Shown here: piece after piece, positions 1 to 11,266 of the stretch | How positions within the stretch are numbered: position 1 is the first letter of the stretch | Layout of the letters: each line of letters begins with the position of its first letter | NCBI GenBank assembly: GCA_965226885.1 | Contig: CBDDEL010000012.1 | Location: 256,001 to 320,000 of the forward strand | Direction of reading: 5' to 3' | Length of the DNA: 64,000 nt | From: Opitutales bacterium | GTDB taxonomy: Bacteria > Verrucomicrobiota > Verrucomicrobiia > Opitutales > UBA2987 | Position numbers and translations under genes: made by a program | The notes under the pieces: model-generated | The model's input: the letters and a program-made list of their open reading frames with translations, nothing else | Told to the model about the DNA's origin: nothing | Databases searched by the model: none

Positions 1-234
1 CAATTGCTGGGCTTTGAGGTGCTCTTCATTCGCTTTCCAGTCCCGCATCGATTGCAAATCCTTCCAATAGGAAATCGTTATGCCATTTCCCTCGGCTCCC
101 TTACCCGTCTCCACACCAAGATAGCCCGGCTGTTGGGCCGCCCGGATAAACATGAGCTCGGCCATCTCCTCATAACCCCGATCATCCTGCGAAGGGATGG
201 AGGAAAAAATGACCGCATAATAGGGAGGCTTCAT
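1..234 (-). CDS. Antibiotic biosynthesis monooxygenase (ABM) domain protein, 3' end runs off the window
   Basis: Not in ORF track; my translation from ATG 234: MKPPYYAVIFSS...QQPGYLGVET...GITISYWKDLQSMRDWKANEEHLKAQQL, typical ABM pattern. Confidence 0.8.
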   Translation of the reverse strand, partial: MKPPYYAVIFSSIPSQDDRGYEEMAELMFIRAAQQPGYLGVETGKGAEGNGITISYWKDLQSMRDWKANEEHLKAQQL

Positions 235-252
235 GGCAAGAATAGAAACCAC

Positions 253-974
253 TCACCAGGGAAGTTCCTGGCCGTTCCACTCGTGGAATTTTCCGGTATC
301 CTGAAGGGTTGCCCGGTGGAAGATTTCGATCATTCCGGTGACCACATCCTGCGCTGAGTTGGGGGCTTCATTTCCGCCCATGTCCGTCCGCACCCAGCCG
401 GGGCTTTGCAGCCGGGGCTTTGCAATAGAACAATGATATTGTCTTCCTTAAGCTGAACGGAGAGCATTTCGCCGATCATGTTGAGGGCGGCCTTGCTGGC
501 GTTGTAACAATAGGAACCGGCATCCTTACCCATTTTTTCCCGGTAGGTTATCGAACTGAGCAAGGACGTTATAAATACCGCCAGGGGACGATCCCCTTTT
601 TTTAGAAGCGGCAAAAAAGATCGCGTAACAAGAAGGGGCCCGGCGGCATTGATGCGATAAGATTCGGCCATGTTATCCAATGTCGTATCCTCGATCCCGG
701 CCCAATCCCCCACCCCGGCATTGTTGATCAGGAGATCGATGGCATCAAATCGATGCGCCACCTCATCAGCCACCTGAGTAATGCATTCCTCGTTGGAAAC
801 ATCCAGACTATGAATGCTCAATCTCTCGCCGCCATTGGATTTTAGCCCTTGCAACGACTCTGCTTGAGAGGGATTTCGGCTTGTGGCGATAACGCGATGG
901 CCGGAATCCAGGTATTGGCGTGTAAATTCGAGGCCCAGCCCGCGGTTGGCTCCGGTTATGAGAATCGATTTCAT
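253..974 (-). pseudogene. SDR-family oxidoreductase (C-factor/CsgA-like), frameshifted by a 14-nt tandem duplication
   Basis: TGANRGLG, NNAG and YNASK motifs; removing one CAGCCGGGGCTTTG copy (395-422) restores PGWVRTDMGG...GKFHEWNGQELPW* ending at 253. Confidence 0.88.
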
Positions 975-2178
975 AATTTATATTATTTAATTGGATTGGT
1001 TAGAACAGGCTCTCCAGGCATAGTTGCAAGGCGCCCTGCTTCCACCCATTTGACATGGGCCAGGTACTCCTGTCGTTGACGGGTGAATGTTTGAACAAAC
1101 CGAAAAGGCTGGACGGAAGATCGCCCGGATACCAGTGGAACCACCAGTTGAACAAATCCGTTTGGCCGCGGGCAGCTAATAAGGGCAGCAGGGCGTCGCA
1201 GACAAGCGTATCAAGCCGCGAGCCGCCAATATTATTTCCCAGTATTTTTTCGGAAAGTTGCCCTTTCAGTTGTTTCATGCGGGCGGTGCGCCGAAAATCC
1301 GCTGTTGAGGAAAGACGCCCGGTCGATGTTTTCAAATCATGGCTCCATTCCAGAAGCGCCTCCGGCCATCGAAGATTATGGTCCAAAACCCGCATGTATT
1401 GTTCGAGCCGGTTTCGCGGGTGATTGGCCGGCCGAAGCCCGATCAGCTTCCAATCGCTCCTGGCCTCTTCGAACAAGGCATTCGCGGATTTGCCTAAGGC
1501 CGCCATTTCAGCCAGAGGATCTTTTTGGGCCAGACGGAGCATGGGTAGCCGATTTCGTTTATAGCCAAGCGTTTCCAGGGCCAGGCTGTGGCAGGAGCCG
1601 GACCATCCCTTCTCGTCCAAAAGCCGAACCCGGGAATCCACTTTGCATTGCCAGCGCAGACGGGATTTGCCGATCAAATACTCCCTACGCCCGTCCACGG
1701 ATTTTTCCAACAGGGCCTCGAAACAGCTTAGTTTGTCCCGGTTTTCTAGAGCCAGAAGCGCTTCTTCGAGGGCATATTCCTCAAGGTCTTGCTGCAAATA
1801 AGGGAGCAGCACCAAAGTGTGGGGTTCTTTGCCGCTTGAGGTTATAGTTCTGGGTTCCGCGGGACCCGGCTCGAACAAAACCACGTGAAGAATAACGGAA
1901 TCAAAGTTGAGATTGGTGTCGTGACAGTGGTTTTTCCAGTCTCGTTGATGAAAATGCACCTCGACATCGCCCCGCAGGCGATGGCCATCGATTTCGATCG
2001 AACAATCCTTGAAATCGGGTCCCTCCACCTGGTTCCACCTTCCGGGATGGTGTATTTTAAGAGGTTCCTTATCCAGGGTGTTTAAGTAGCTTTGGCTGAA
2101 ATCTCCACGCAACCAGATTTGTTGAACCAGTTTCTCGGAAATTGCGACAGGACCGTAAAGACCCTGAATTTCCTCTAG

Positions 2179-3693
2179 CCCGGATATTTCATGAAGGGTA
2201 AAGTTTGGCTCGTTATTGCTATTGGAGATGGATTTCTTTGTATTTTGGGCGGATCGTCTTGATTTTGAGGTGTTTTTAGGGTGTAGAGACACTTCCCCCT
2301 TTCCCCCATTGGTTCGGTAGCGCCGGGGGCAGCGCCAATGCGCCCTTTAGGTTGGCACCAACCGGCGGGCCGCATGGTTGAAAAGACTGGCCCATGGATA
2401 ACTTTCACTTAGATGAAAGTGAATCGTTCGGGTGTTGCGCACGATTACCGCTCCGATCTTGATTAATTTTAGCCGTAGACTGTGGCATTGGAGCCGCGCC
2501 CACTTCGTCCCTTTTAATGCGAACCGGCGCAAGGCTTCCATCAAGGTGTAGGCCAGCCCCGACAAGAGCAATCGCCACTGGTTGGCCCACCATTTATGCG
2601 CGCTGGTGCGTTCGCTGAACAATTGCATCTGTTCCTTGATCCGGTTCTCCATCTCACCGCGGCCACAGTATACTTTGTCGTAAAGCTCTTGGGGATCGCC
2701 CTGCAGGTTCGTCACCACGAAGCGCGGGTTGGACCCCTGTGCGGTGTGTTCGGCTTTGTGGATGATAAGGCGTTGGCGCCGCCACGATTTTGCCCCATAC
2801 TCGAAGTGCTGAAACAGCCGTTGCTTTTTGCCGCTACCCTCGAACCATTGTTTGGCTTGCTCCTGCAACTGCCGGGCCGCTTGCTGCAAGCGTGCATGGC
2901 GGGCCGTTCCCACTATAAAATAAACCTCGTTGCGCTCGCACCACGAGAGAATCCGATCCCGGCAGAATCCGCTGTCGGCACGCCAAATAATCCGCGTATG
3001 GGGCCAGCTTTGGCGAATCCGTTTAACCAGCAATTTGAGGATGGCCCCGGCATGCTTGCTCGCATCGATCTTGCTGGGCCGCAGGTAGGCCACCAGAAGC
3101 TGATCGCCGCAAAAAACATACAGCGGCAAAAAACAGTAATGATCATAATAACCGTGGAAAAAACGTCCCTCCTGGAGCCCGTGCACCGGATTGTCGGTGG
3201 CGTCAAAGTCCAGGATGATCTCTTCGGGTTCCTCGGCAAAGGATCCGATGAACTGTTCGACCAGCAACTCGTTCAGGGCAAAGGCTGCCCGCCGATCCTG
3301 CCCGTTTTCAAAACGACACAAAGTCGGCGCGCTGGCCAACGCTTCAGTGCGCCCCGTTACCGTTTGCAACAAAGGATCGCGGCGCAGGGTGTCAAAGTCG
3401 TTCAAATCCTCATGGCGCACTTTGCCCTTCTGCCGTTTGTCTACTAATTGCCGGGCCGCTTGCTCGGTCAAGCCCAACCGCCGATCCACTTCCCGGATCA
3501 AAAGCAGCCCGGCATCCGAAGTAACCTCACCGCCCTTAAAATCAACCCGCACACGGCGGCCTTTTACCCTTGTCAACTGTAGTTCTAATTGTTTACTTTT
3601 TGTCATCGCTGATATTGCTTTAATGTTTAATCTATCCTGCTGTATATCAGCAGATAAGCATATCAGCGATACTTTTTTTATGAAATTTCCGGG
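2179..3693 (-). mobile_element. IS1380-family element, copy 1 (1515 bp)
   Basis: TIRs CCCGGATATTTCATGAA / CCCGGAAATTTCATAAA; 4-bp TSD CTAG (2175-2178, 3694-3697). Confidence 0.95.
2347..3606 (-). CDS. IS1380 transposase with a 17-codon in-frame deletion
   Basis: DFDATD, RADSGF, RGEMENRIKE motifs; lacks MLAMIRQRVYGLVAGYE present in copy 2. Confidence 0.9.
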   Translation of the reverse strand: MTKSKQLELQLTRVKGRRVRVDFKGGEVTSDAGLLLIREVDRRLGLTEQAARQLVDKRQKGKVRHEDLNDFDTLRRDPLLQTVTGRTEALASAPTLCRFENGQDRRAAFALNELLVEQFIGSFAEEPEEIILDFDATDNPVHGLQEGRFFHGYYDHYCFLPLYVFCGDQLLVAYLRPSKIDASKHAGAILKLLVKRIRQSWPHTRIIWRADSGFCRDRILSWCERNEVYFIVGTARHARLQQAARQLQEQAKQWFEGSGKKQRLFQHFEYGAKSWRRQRLIIHKAEHTAQGSNPRFVVTNLQGDPQELYDKVYCGRGEMENRIKEQMQLFSERTSAHKWWANQWRLLLSGLAYTLMEALRRFALKGTKWARLQCHSLRLKLIKIGAVIVRNTRTIHFHLSESYPWASLFNHAARRLVPT

Positions 3694-3714
3694 CTAGGGC
3701 ATTCTCTTTCACGT

Positions 3715-4191
3715 TTATGGATTCGGCCAGCGCCACTCTTTTTCTGTGATCTGGCTCCGGCGTTTCAGTTTTTCGCTTTGTCGAATCTCGCAGGAATGGA
3801 TCCAGTCGGCCAATTGGCGAAACCCAATGGTGAGAGCACCGGCCGCTCCGGTGGATTGCCTGATCATATTGTCTCCGGATGCCACTATGATTTTTTGCGG
3901 ATTTGAGGAACTGCGCACCAATTGCTCTATAACGGCATCAGCCGTCATGTTGGAGGGTGAATAAAGAAAAGAAAATGTCAACTGGCCGGAGGGCCGCTCG
4001 ATGGAAATATCCTCCCCCTTTCCATCGAAAACCAAGGTCATGCGAACACCCTCGAAGTCGTGAATAATCCGCACCAGCGAGGCCAACTGCTGGCGGGCCG
4101 CCGCGGTGCCGCTGCTGAGAGCCTCACGGGATTCGGGAAAGGCATGGACCATGTTGTAGCCGTCGATGATCAAATGCTGGCAATCCGCCAT
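3715..4191 (-). CDS. NYN-domain (YacP-like) RNase
   Basis: IIDGYN, LVFDG, TADAVIE, VASGD motifs; ATG at 4191 is the likely start. Confidence 0.88.
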   Translation of the reverse strand: MADCQHLIIDGYNMVHAFPESREALSSGTAAARQQLASLVRIIHDFEGVRMTLVFDGKGEDISIERPSGQLTFSFLYSPSNMTADAVIEQLVRSSSNPQKIIVASGDNMIRQSTGAAGALTIGFRQLADWIHSCEIRQSEKLKRRSQITEKEWRWPNP

Positions 4192-4328
4192 AACCGGATA
4201 TTGCAAAGGCGGAATCTGCAGCGGGCAAGAAGATTCCATAATTCAAACGGCGCCAACCGAATGGAAAAGCATTGATTGTAAGAAATAAGGGGTTTAAACA
4301 AAAGAGACCGCCACAATTTTTAAGAAGT

Positions 4329-5325
4329 ATGAGAGCAATGGTTCTAGAAAAAGCCGGGCAGCCCCTGAAGCTGGTTGATCTGCCCGAACCAGAGCCGAAG
4401 TACGGAGAGGTGATGCTGCGCGTGCAAACCTGCGGCGTGTGCAGGACCGATCTGCATATCGTTGACGGGGATTTGAAAAATCCGGTCCTACCCTTGGTGC
4501 CAGGCCATCAGATTGTGGGATCAGATTGTGGGAATTGTGGAAAAGTTGGGCTATGGCGTGGGACGCTTCGAACTCGGGCAGCGGGTTGGCGTTCCCTGGT
4601 TGGGCAGCACTTGCGGAAATTGCCGGTTTTGCCTGGAGGATCATGAAAATCTGTGCGACTACCCTGTTTTTACCGGATACAACAAAAATGGCGGTTATGC
4701 CGAATATGTCACTGCGGATGAAGATTTTTGCTTCAATCTGCCCGAGGAGATAACCGACATCCAGGCAGCTCCCCTGCTATGCGCCGGTTTGATCGGTTTT
4801 CGCGCTTACCGTATGACCGGGCGGGCGCGGCGTCTCGGGCTTTACGGCTTTGGCGCCGCCGCCCATATCATTGCCCAAATTGCCCATTTCGACGGGCGGA
4901 AGGTATTTGCCTTTACCCGGCCGGGCGATGAGGAAGGCCTCAAGTTTGCCCGCAGGCTGGGGGTTTCCTGGGCGGGCAGCTCGCTTGAGCGGCCTCCCGA
5001 GCCATTGGGGGCGGCCATCATTTTTGCCCCCGTCGGCGATCTCGTGCCGCTTGCCCTGAGAGCAGTGTGCAAAGGCGGAGTGGTCGTTTGCGCGGGCATT
5101 CACATGAGCGACATACCCTCTTTTGCCTACCAGGACCTCTGGCAGGAACGGGTGCTCCGCTCGGTGGCCAACTTAACGCGGCGCGACGGCATTGACTTTC
5201 TCGAACTTGCCCCCAAAGTTCAAGTGCGTTCCCATATAACCGTCTATGAACTTGAGGAAGCCAACCAGGCCCTACAGGACATGCGTGAAGGGGGCTTAAA
5301 AGGAAGCGCTGTCCTAAAAATCTAA
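4329..5325 (+). pseudogene. Zinc-dependent alcohol dehydrogenase, frameshifted by a 13-nt duplication
   Basis: GVCRTDLH..PGHQIVG in the first frame; CGNCRFC, APLLCAG, YGFGAAAH in the second; ATCAGATTGTGGG x2 at 4507-4532. Confidence 0.9.
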
Positions 5326-5427
5326 ATAAGACGACTCGGGCGCCGAGTTCCCGGCAAAGTGGTTTGAAAAGAAGAAACCGCTTTGGCCGCAAGTTATGGA
5401 TCGATCCGGCCCAGGGTTATTTAATTA

Positions 5428-7679
5428 ATGCCACCATTGGAAAATACAGTTAAAAAGAAAGACGCTGCCAACCTTACCACGGCGGAAAGGAGCAAGGCTC
5501 AAAAACATGCCATGCTGGGGCACTTGGTGGGGCCTTTTGCCGGCAATGTGGTGGCGGGGCAGTATATGATGCTCTTCGCCACCGATGTGCTCCAATACAA
5601 TGCGTTGACGATTGCCGCCATTGTCGCTTTTACCCCGCTGATTACCTTCTTCCGCCTTCCCATGATGGGGCCGGTTCGCCAATTCGGCCGCATACGAACT
5701 CTCAAAGTGGGCCGGGCTCTTCAGGTATTGACCATCGTTTTGCTACTCCTGACTCCGGCCAACCTGCTCACCCCACTGATCTACGCTGGCCTCATTTTTT
5801 TGTTTTTGATCTCCAGGGAACTTGGTATCGGCCTGGTGTGGCAATCGTTATTGCGGGATTACACAACAACCGAGGACCGGGGGAAATTTTTCGCCCGCAT
5901 GCGTTTTTCTTTCAACACAACCAACCTTGTATTAAATGGGATCATCATATTTCTGGTTGGAAAATCGGTCACCGAGGGCGTTTACAAGGGCATGCTCCTG
6001 ATCAGCCTGGTCGGGATGCTGAACAGTTTGTTCTGGATCAAGTTTCTACCCGATATCTCAGCACGGAAAAGGAAAACGAAGGCTGATGAAGGCGCCAAAG
6101 GCATTTCCATTCTGAACGTCTTGCGCCACTCCCCATTGATGCGGCTGCCCCTATTGGTTGCCCTGCTGACCACCGCCGCCAGCCTACCTCTGGGCGTCAT
6201 CTACTTCCGACAAATGCTCCATGTGCCAGCCAACCTGGTGGCCTTGTTCATTTTTTTCAGCACAACCGGGAGCGCTCTCTTTTTCTTTTTATGGGGCCGC
6301 CTGGCGGACACCATCGGGTTCCGCCCCATGCTCATCGGGTTGTTATTGCTGACGGCGGTTTCTCTGCCGCTCATCATTTTTGTCCCTCCATTTCCGGAAC
6401 AGGGGCTGGACTGGGGTCAATTGCAGCCGGCCACCATACTGGGCATCGGCGCCCTCCTCTTCCTGGGTTTTTCCAACGGGCTCTGACCTCGGGCATAGGC
6501 ATCGCGGTAGTCTCCATTAAACTGCACCATGTGAGCCAAAAAGACAGCTTCGAGGCCTTGAATGTGCTGGCCGTGATCTCGGCCGGGTTTCAGGCCGTGG
6601 TGGCATTCCTGGCCGGCCTTTTCCTCCAGCATATCGCTATTCCGGCCGGTTCCATGCCCATCGGAGGCGGGCTTTTTTACCTCGATTGGTATAAGGGATT
6701 CGCGGCCATGTTTTCACCAGCCCTGCTTTTCCTCACTATTCCCATAGCGCTTCGGCTGCCCAATGTGCGACCCTGGTTCGGTGTGAGTCATTTTTTCAAC
6801 GCCATTATAAACAGCCCGGCGCGCACTCTAATAGCCATCCGCAACGTTTACGATGAAACTCCCGAAAGGCGCACCAAACTGGCCCACTGGTTCGGCTTGA
6901 ATAGCAATCCGATGTCCATTGAGCCACTTCTCGCCCTATTGAACGATCCCTCTTACGAAGTCCGCACGGAGGCCACCCGAAGCCTTGCCCGCAGTGGTTC
7001 CACCCTGGCCGGAAAGGAGTTGCAAAAAGTATTGCAGGATGAAGAACGCCGGGCGCTCTGGGACCAGGCCGCCTGGGCTCTGGGGGAATTAAAATACCAG
7101 CCCGCTTGCGATTTGCTGGTCGAGCGCCTCTCCCTCGAAACGCCGAACAGGGTACGCATAATGGCGGCCCGGGCTCTGGGAAAACTGGAGGAGAGCGGAA
7201 CCATTTTCCACCTTTTAAAAGCCATGAAGGAGGAGCAATTGCGTTTGACTCTGGTCTCGGCCTGCTGCCTTTCCCTGCTTCACCTTGATGCCAAAGAACA
7301 CGCCGAAGACGTTTTTCGCGCCCTGCTGCGTTTACGCAACCGGGAGGACCGCTATGAGCTGATGAGTGAAATTTGCCCCTGGCTGGATATAACTTCCGGC
7401 TGGCTCCTACATTCCAGCAGCGCCGATTCTTCCTGGCAAAGCCTCAATCAGCAACTGGAGTGGAAATCTGCCTCCTGGCTGGAAAAACGGCAAAAAGTGA
7501 TCGGCGTATTCCAGGAGAAGGATCAAGACAAAATATTCCTGCTGATGGTGGAAGGGTTGAGAAAATTTCCATCCCACGAGGGAATGGTGGAACGCGCTCT
7601 GGCCAAGGTAGGACGCGAAACGGGAGGATGGTCCCATTTATCGGTTTTGGCCACCGCCTGGCTCCTTTTTACCGATTAG
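5428..7679 (+). pseudogene. MFS transporter with C-terminal HEAT repeats, -1 frameshift near 6480
   Basis: Many TM helices, WGRLADTIGFRP motif; HEAT repeats (EVRTEATRSL, AAWALG, AARALG) in the next frame; one G missing from GGG(G)CTCTG restores NGALTSG. Confidence 0.8.
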
Positions 7680-8437
7680 GAACCGAAAACCAATTCCTCG
7701 AGTTGCTCAAAATCATCCACCACCCAATTGGGTTGCAGGTTTGAATTTTGCAAATCCTGGCGGGAGGAAACACCGGTTAAAATGAGCGCTGTGGGCACCC
7801 CTGCATTGTAACCGGCCTTAACGTCGGTTTCGATGCTGTCGCCCACCAGCAGCGCATCCTCAGGAGAAATTTCCAGTTGCTGCAGGGCGATATCGATGAT
7901 GAGTCGTTCCGGTTTCCCGATAATAACCGGTTCCAGTCCTGTGGTGGCGGTCAATGCGGCCAGGATGGCGCCGTTACCCGGAACAAATCCATTTTCGGTG
8001 AAGAGAACCTTGTCGGGGTTGGTTCCGATGAATTGGCCGCCGGCTCTTATGAATTGTGTCGCCTTTGTCAGTTTTTGGTAATCTACGAAAGGATCATAAC
8101 CGACCACGACATAATCCGGCGACTCTTCAGAAGGGGTATGGCCGCCCTCAATCAGGGCCTGGCGAAGAGGCTCTTCCCCGATATAATAAAATTTGCCGGG
8201 AGATAAATGCCGGGCCGCAGCCTGGGCGGATGTAAGCACATCGCCGACTTCGCACTCAATATCCATCTCCCTCAATATCCGGCAAACCGTTTGTGGAGAG
8301 CGATTGGCTCGATTGGTCACAAAAGCGCAGTCGAGGCCCTCTTTGCGAACCCGCTTGATAAAATCGGCCGCCCCCGGAACCTCCTCGGTTCCCCGGTAAA
8401 CCGTTCCGTCCAGATCGAGAAGAATGCTCTTAAACAT
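7676..8437 (-). CDS. HAD-IIA hydrolase (NagD-like)
   Basis: DLDGT, TNPD, GKP, VGDSIETD motifs. Confidence 0.92.
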   Translation of the reverse strand: MFKSILLDLDGTVYRGTEEVPGAADFIKRVRKEGLDCAFVTNRANRSPQTVCRILREMDIECEVGDVLTSAQAAARHLSPGKFYYIGEEPLRQALIEGGHTPSEESPDYVVVGYDPFVDYQKLTKATQFIRAGGQFIGTNPDKVLFTENGFVPGNGAILAALTATTGLEPVIIGKPERLIIDIALQQLEISPEDALLVGDSIETDVKAGYNAGVPTALILTGVSSRQDLQNSNLQPNWVVDDFEQLEELVFGS

Positions 8438-8567
8438 CGAAAAAGTAGTCAGTAGTTAGAAGACAAAAGTCAAGATTCAGGAGGCAGAATCCTGAAAATT
8501 CTTTCCGGCATAGCGCAGTTTAAACCTAAAACCGGCACCTGTTTCTTTTAATCTGCAATCCCTATTG

Positions 8568-9293
8568 TCAATCCATGGCCAGGCCCATATCGGCGTCCTG
8601 CAGTTCATGGGCTGGACCGGATGCTTCCCGTATCCATTCGCTTAGTTGGTTAGGCGAGAGCACGTCCGAGGCCGGTAACTCCTCGACCGACCGGATGCCG
8701 CAGAGTTCGAGGAATTTGTCCGTGGTGCCATACTGCAAGGGACGCCCTGGCAGTTCCGCCCGCCCGGTGACAATTATCAGCTCATGCTCGAGCAAAGTGT
8801 TGAGGGAACTGTCAGAGGATACCCCCCGGATGGATTCTACTTCGGCCCGAGTGATAGGCTGGCGATAGGCTGCAATTGCCAAGGTCTCCATGGAGGCCGG
8901 ACTGAGTTTCAAGGGTCTCGGTTCCTCTCTGAAAAGCCTGACCCAGCCTGAGAAGTCCGGTTGGATGGCAAGGCGATATCCTTTGGGCCCCTGAACGATG
9001 CGAAAAACTTCCTTATTTTCAATCAGTTCACTGGCTATCACATCCATGGCGTCCCGAATCTGGGTTGAAGTGAGCAGGGAGGGAACCTGGTCGATGAGCG
9101 CTTTCATCAGCCCCTGGCCGTTCTCCTCGCTGAGCGACTCTTTGTTTTGCGCCGATTCCTCAACGTCGACGGCCTCTGAACGGGAGGATTTGTCATGATA
9201 GCGGGTAATGACCGCCTGCACATCCTTGATTGAGAGGGGTTCGGATGTCGAAAACAACAACGCCTTGAGGATTTTTTGCAGATTAAATTCCAT
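8568..9293 (-). CDS. scpB: SMC-Scp complex subunit ScpB
   Basis: ETLAIAAYRQPITRAEVESIRGV, GRPLQYGTT. Confidence 0.95.
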   Translation of the reverse strand: MEFNLQKILKALLFSTSEPLSIKDVQAVITRYHDKSSRSEAVDVEESAQNKESLSEENGQGLMKALIDQVPSLLTSTQIRDAMDVIASELIENKEVFRIVQGPKGYRLAIQPDFSGWVRLFREEPRPLKLSPASMETLAIAAYRQPITRAEVESIRGVSSDSSLNTLLEHELIIVTGRAELPGRPLQYGTTDKFLELCGIRSVEELPASDVLSPNQLSEWIREASGPAHELQDADMGLAMD

Positions 9294-9518
9294 GCATGAA
9301 GTCGATTTAAAGAAAATGAAATTCGAATGAAATCGCCCTCATGGTGAAAGATCATTCGATACCGTTTCGTCGCAGTTCTTCGGCCAGGCGATGAAAAGGA
9401 TTGTCATCATGGTTTGATTGATTGAAAAAAGAGTTTCTCAAGAAATTGTCTATTTGCGGCAGTGCAGGCAAGCCCGCATTGAAACACTCTTAATTTTAAC
9501 TCGAAATCAGGAAATTTA

Positions 9519-11213
9519 GTGAATTCAGAAAAAAACGATCCCAGAACCTACTCGGCGGAATTTGTGGACGGTTACGACCGGGCTGGAAACAGGTCTATGC
9601 TCAGAGCGGTTGGCTTTAAAGACGAAGATTTTACCAAACCAATCATCGGGGTGGCCTCCACCTGGAGCATGATTACGCCCTGTAATATGCATATCGACGA
9701 ACTGGCCCGGGAAGCCGGTTCGGGAGTCGATGCGGCGGACGGCAAGTCCATTATTTTTGGAACCATCACGGTTTCCGATGGTATTGCCATGGGCACTTCC
9801 GGCATGCGCTACTCCCTCGTCTCCCGCGAGGTGATTGCCGATTCCATCGAAACGGTGACCGGGGGCGAGGGCTTCGACGGAGTGGTCGCCATCGGAGGGT
9901 GCGATAAAAACATGCCCGGCTGCCTGATGGCCCTGGCCCGCATGAACCGGCCCGGAATCTTTGTTTACGGGGGCACCATACTGCCGGGGATCCACAAGGG
10001 TAAATCTGTCGATATCGTGTCTGTCTTCGAGGCCGTCGGGCAACGCGCCAGCAACAAGATCGACGACGAGGAACTGAAACAGATCGAAACTTGCAGCGTG
10101 CCCGGAGCGGGAGCTTGCGGAGGCATGTACACGGCCAACACCATGGCCTCCGCCATCGAAGCCTTCGGGATGAGCCTGCCCGACAGCTCCGCCCGCACGG
10201 CCATCTCTAAAGACAAAAGGGAAGAGTGCGTGGAGGCCGGAAAAGCGATCGTCAATCTGGTCAATAAGGGCATTTGCCCGCGCGACATTTTGACCAGGGA
10301 AGCATTCGAAAATGCCATTACCGTCGTGATTGCTCTGGGGGGCTCGACCAATGCAGTTCTGCATCTATTAGCCATCGCCGATGCCGCTGAGGTATCGCTG
10401 AGTATAGACGATTTTACCCGCATCGGTAAAAATGTGCCCGTTTTGGCCGACCTTAAGCCAAGCGGCAAATACAACATGTCTCATCTGGTACGGGTCGGCG
10501 GTTTACGGCCGCTCATGAAAACGCTCCTGGACCATGGATTGCTGCATGGGGACTGCTTGACCGTTACCGGAAAAACGCTGCGGGAAAACCTGGAAAATGT
10601 CGGTCCCTACCCCGAGGATCAGGATGTGGTCCATCCATTCGACAAACCGTTGAAACCGGACAGCCATTTGCGCATTCTCTACGGAAACCTGGCTCCGGAG
10701 GGCGCCGTGGCGAAGATTTCCGGGAAGGAAGGACTCAGTTTTACCGGTCGCGCCCTAACTTTCGATTCGGAGGAAAATGCCCGCAAGGCCATTCTGGATG
10801 GAACCGTGCAGGCCGGCCACGTGGTCGTCATCCACTACGAAGGCCCCAAGGGAGGACCCGGCATGAGGGAAATGCTGGCCCCCACCTCCTCTATCATGGG
10901 CCGCGGGCTGGGCGGAGAGGTCGCCCTCATTACGGATGGCCGGTTTTCCGGCGGAAGCCATGGATTCGTCGTGGGGCACATCACCCCCGAAGCCGCTGTG
11001 GGCGGCCCAATCGCTATTGTCGAGGATGGCGACACCATCATCATTGATGCCGAGGCCAACGAATTGAACCTGCACATTTCAGCAGAAGAACTCAAAGAAA
11101 GACTAGCTGCCTGGAAACCCCGTCCGCCAAAATCACGGCGGGGAGTCCTTGCCAAGTACGCCAAATTGGTCAATTCAGCATCTCTGGGCGCCGTTACCGA
11201 CGCCGGGCTTTGA
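9519..11213 (+). CDS. ilvD: Dihydroxy-acid dehydratase
   Basis: [45 protein letters not shown]. Confidence 0.97.
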   Translation: MNSEKNDPRTYSAEFVDGYDRAGNRSMLRAVGFKDEDFTKPIIGVASTWSMITPCNMHIDELAREAGSGVDAADGKSIIFGTITVSDGIAMGTSGMRYSLVSREVIADSIETVTGGEGFDGVVAIGGCDKNMPGCLMALARMNRPGIFVYGGTILPGIHKGKSVDIVSVFEAVGQRASNKIDDEELKQIETCSVPGAGACGGMYTANTMASAIEAFGMSLPDSSARTAISKDKREECVEAGKAIVNLVNKGICPRDILTREAFENAITVVIALGGSTNAVLHLLAIADAAEVSLSIDDFTRIGKNVPVLADLKPSGKYNMSHLVRVGGLRPLMKTLLDHGLLHGDCLTVTGKTLRENLENVGPYPEDQDVVHPFDKPLKPDSHLRILYGNLAPEGAVAKISGKEGLSFTGRALTFDSEENARKAILDGTVQAGHVVVIHYEGPKGGPGMREMLAPTSSIMGRGLGGEVALITDGRFSGGSHGFVVGHITPEAAVGGPIAIVEDGDTIIIDAEANELNLHISAEELKERLAAWKPRPPKSRRGVLAKYAKLVNSASLGAVTDAGL

Positions 11214-11266
11214 ACAGCCGATTTTCGCGCCTGAATAATCAAGGATATTCGTTTATTTCTTCAAAG

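Larger units (their letters stand above)
1000..3712 (-). pseudogene. DUF2851-family protein interrupted at codon 6 by IS1380
   Basis: HPGRWN-EGPDF, GDVEVH, W-H-H-D-NFD-VILHVV motifs; removing the IS and one CTAG gives GTG(3712) KENAL-EEIQGLYGP. Confidence 0.8.

Noticed and set aside
2596..3447. Long antisense ORFs over IS1380, ilvD, the TonB receptor and others
   Set aside because: Shadow ORFs of GC-rich coding strands with no recognisable motifs.
6484..6486. TGA in the MFS gene as a selenocysteine or readthrough codon
   Set aside because: The continuation is in another frame, so it is an indel rather than readthrough.
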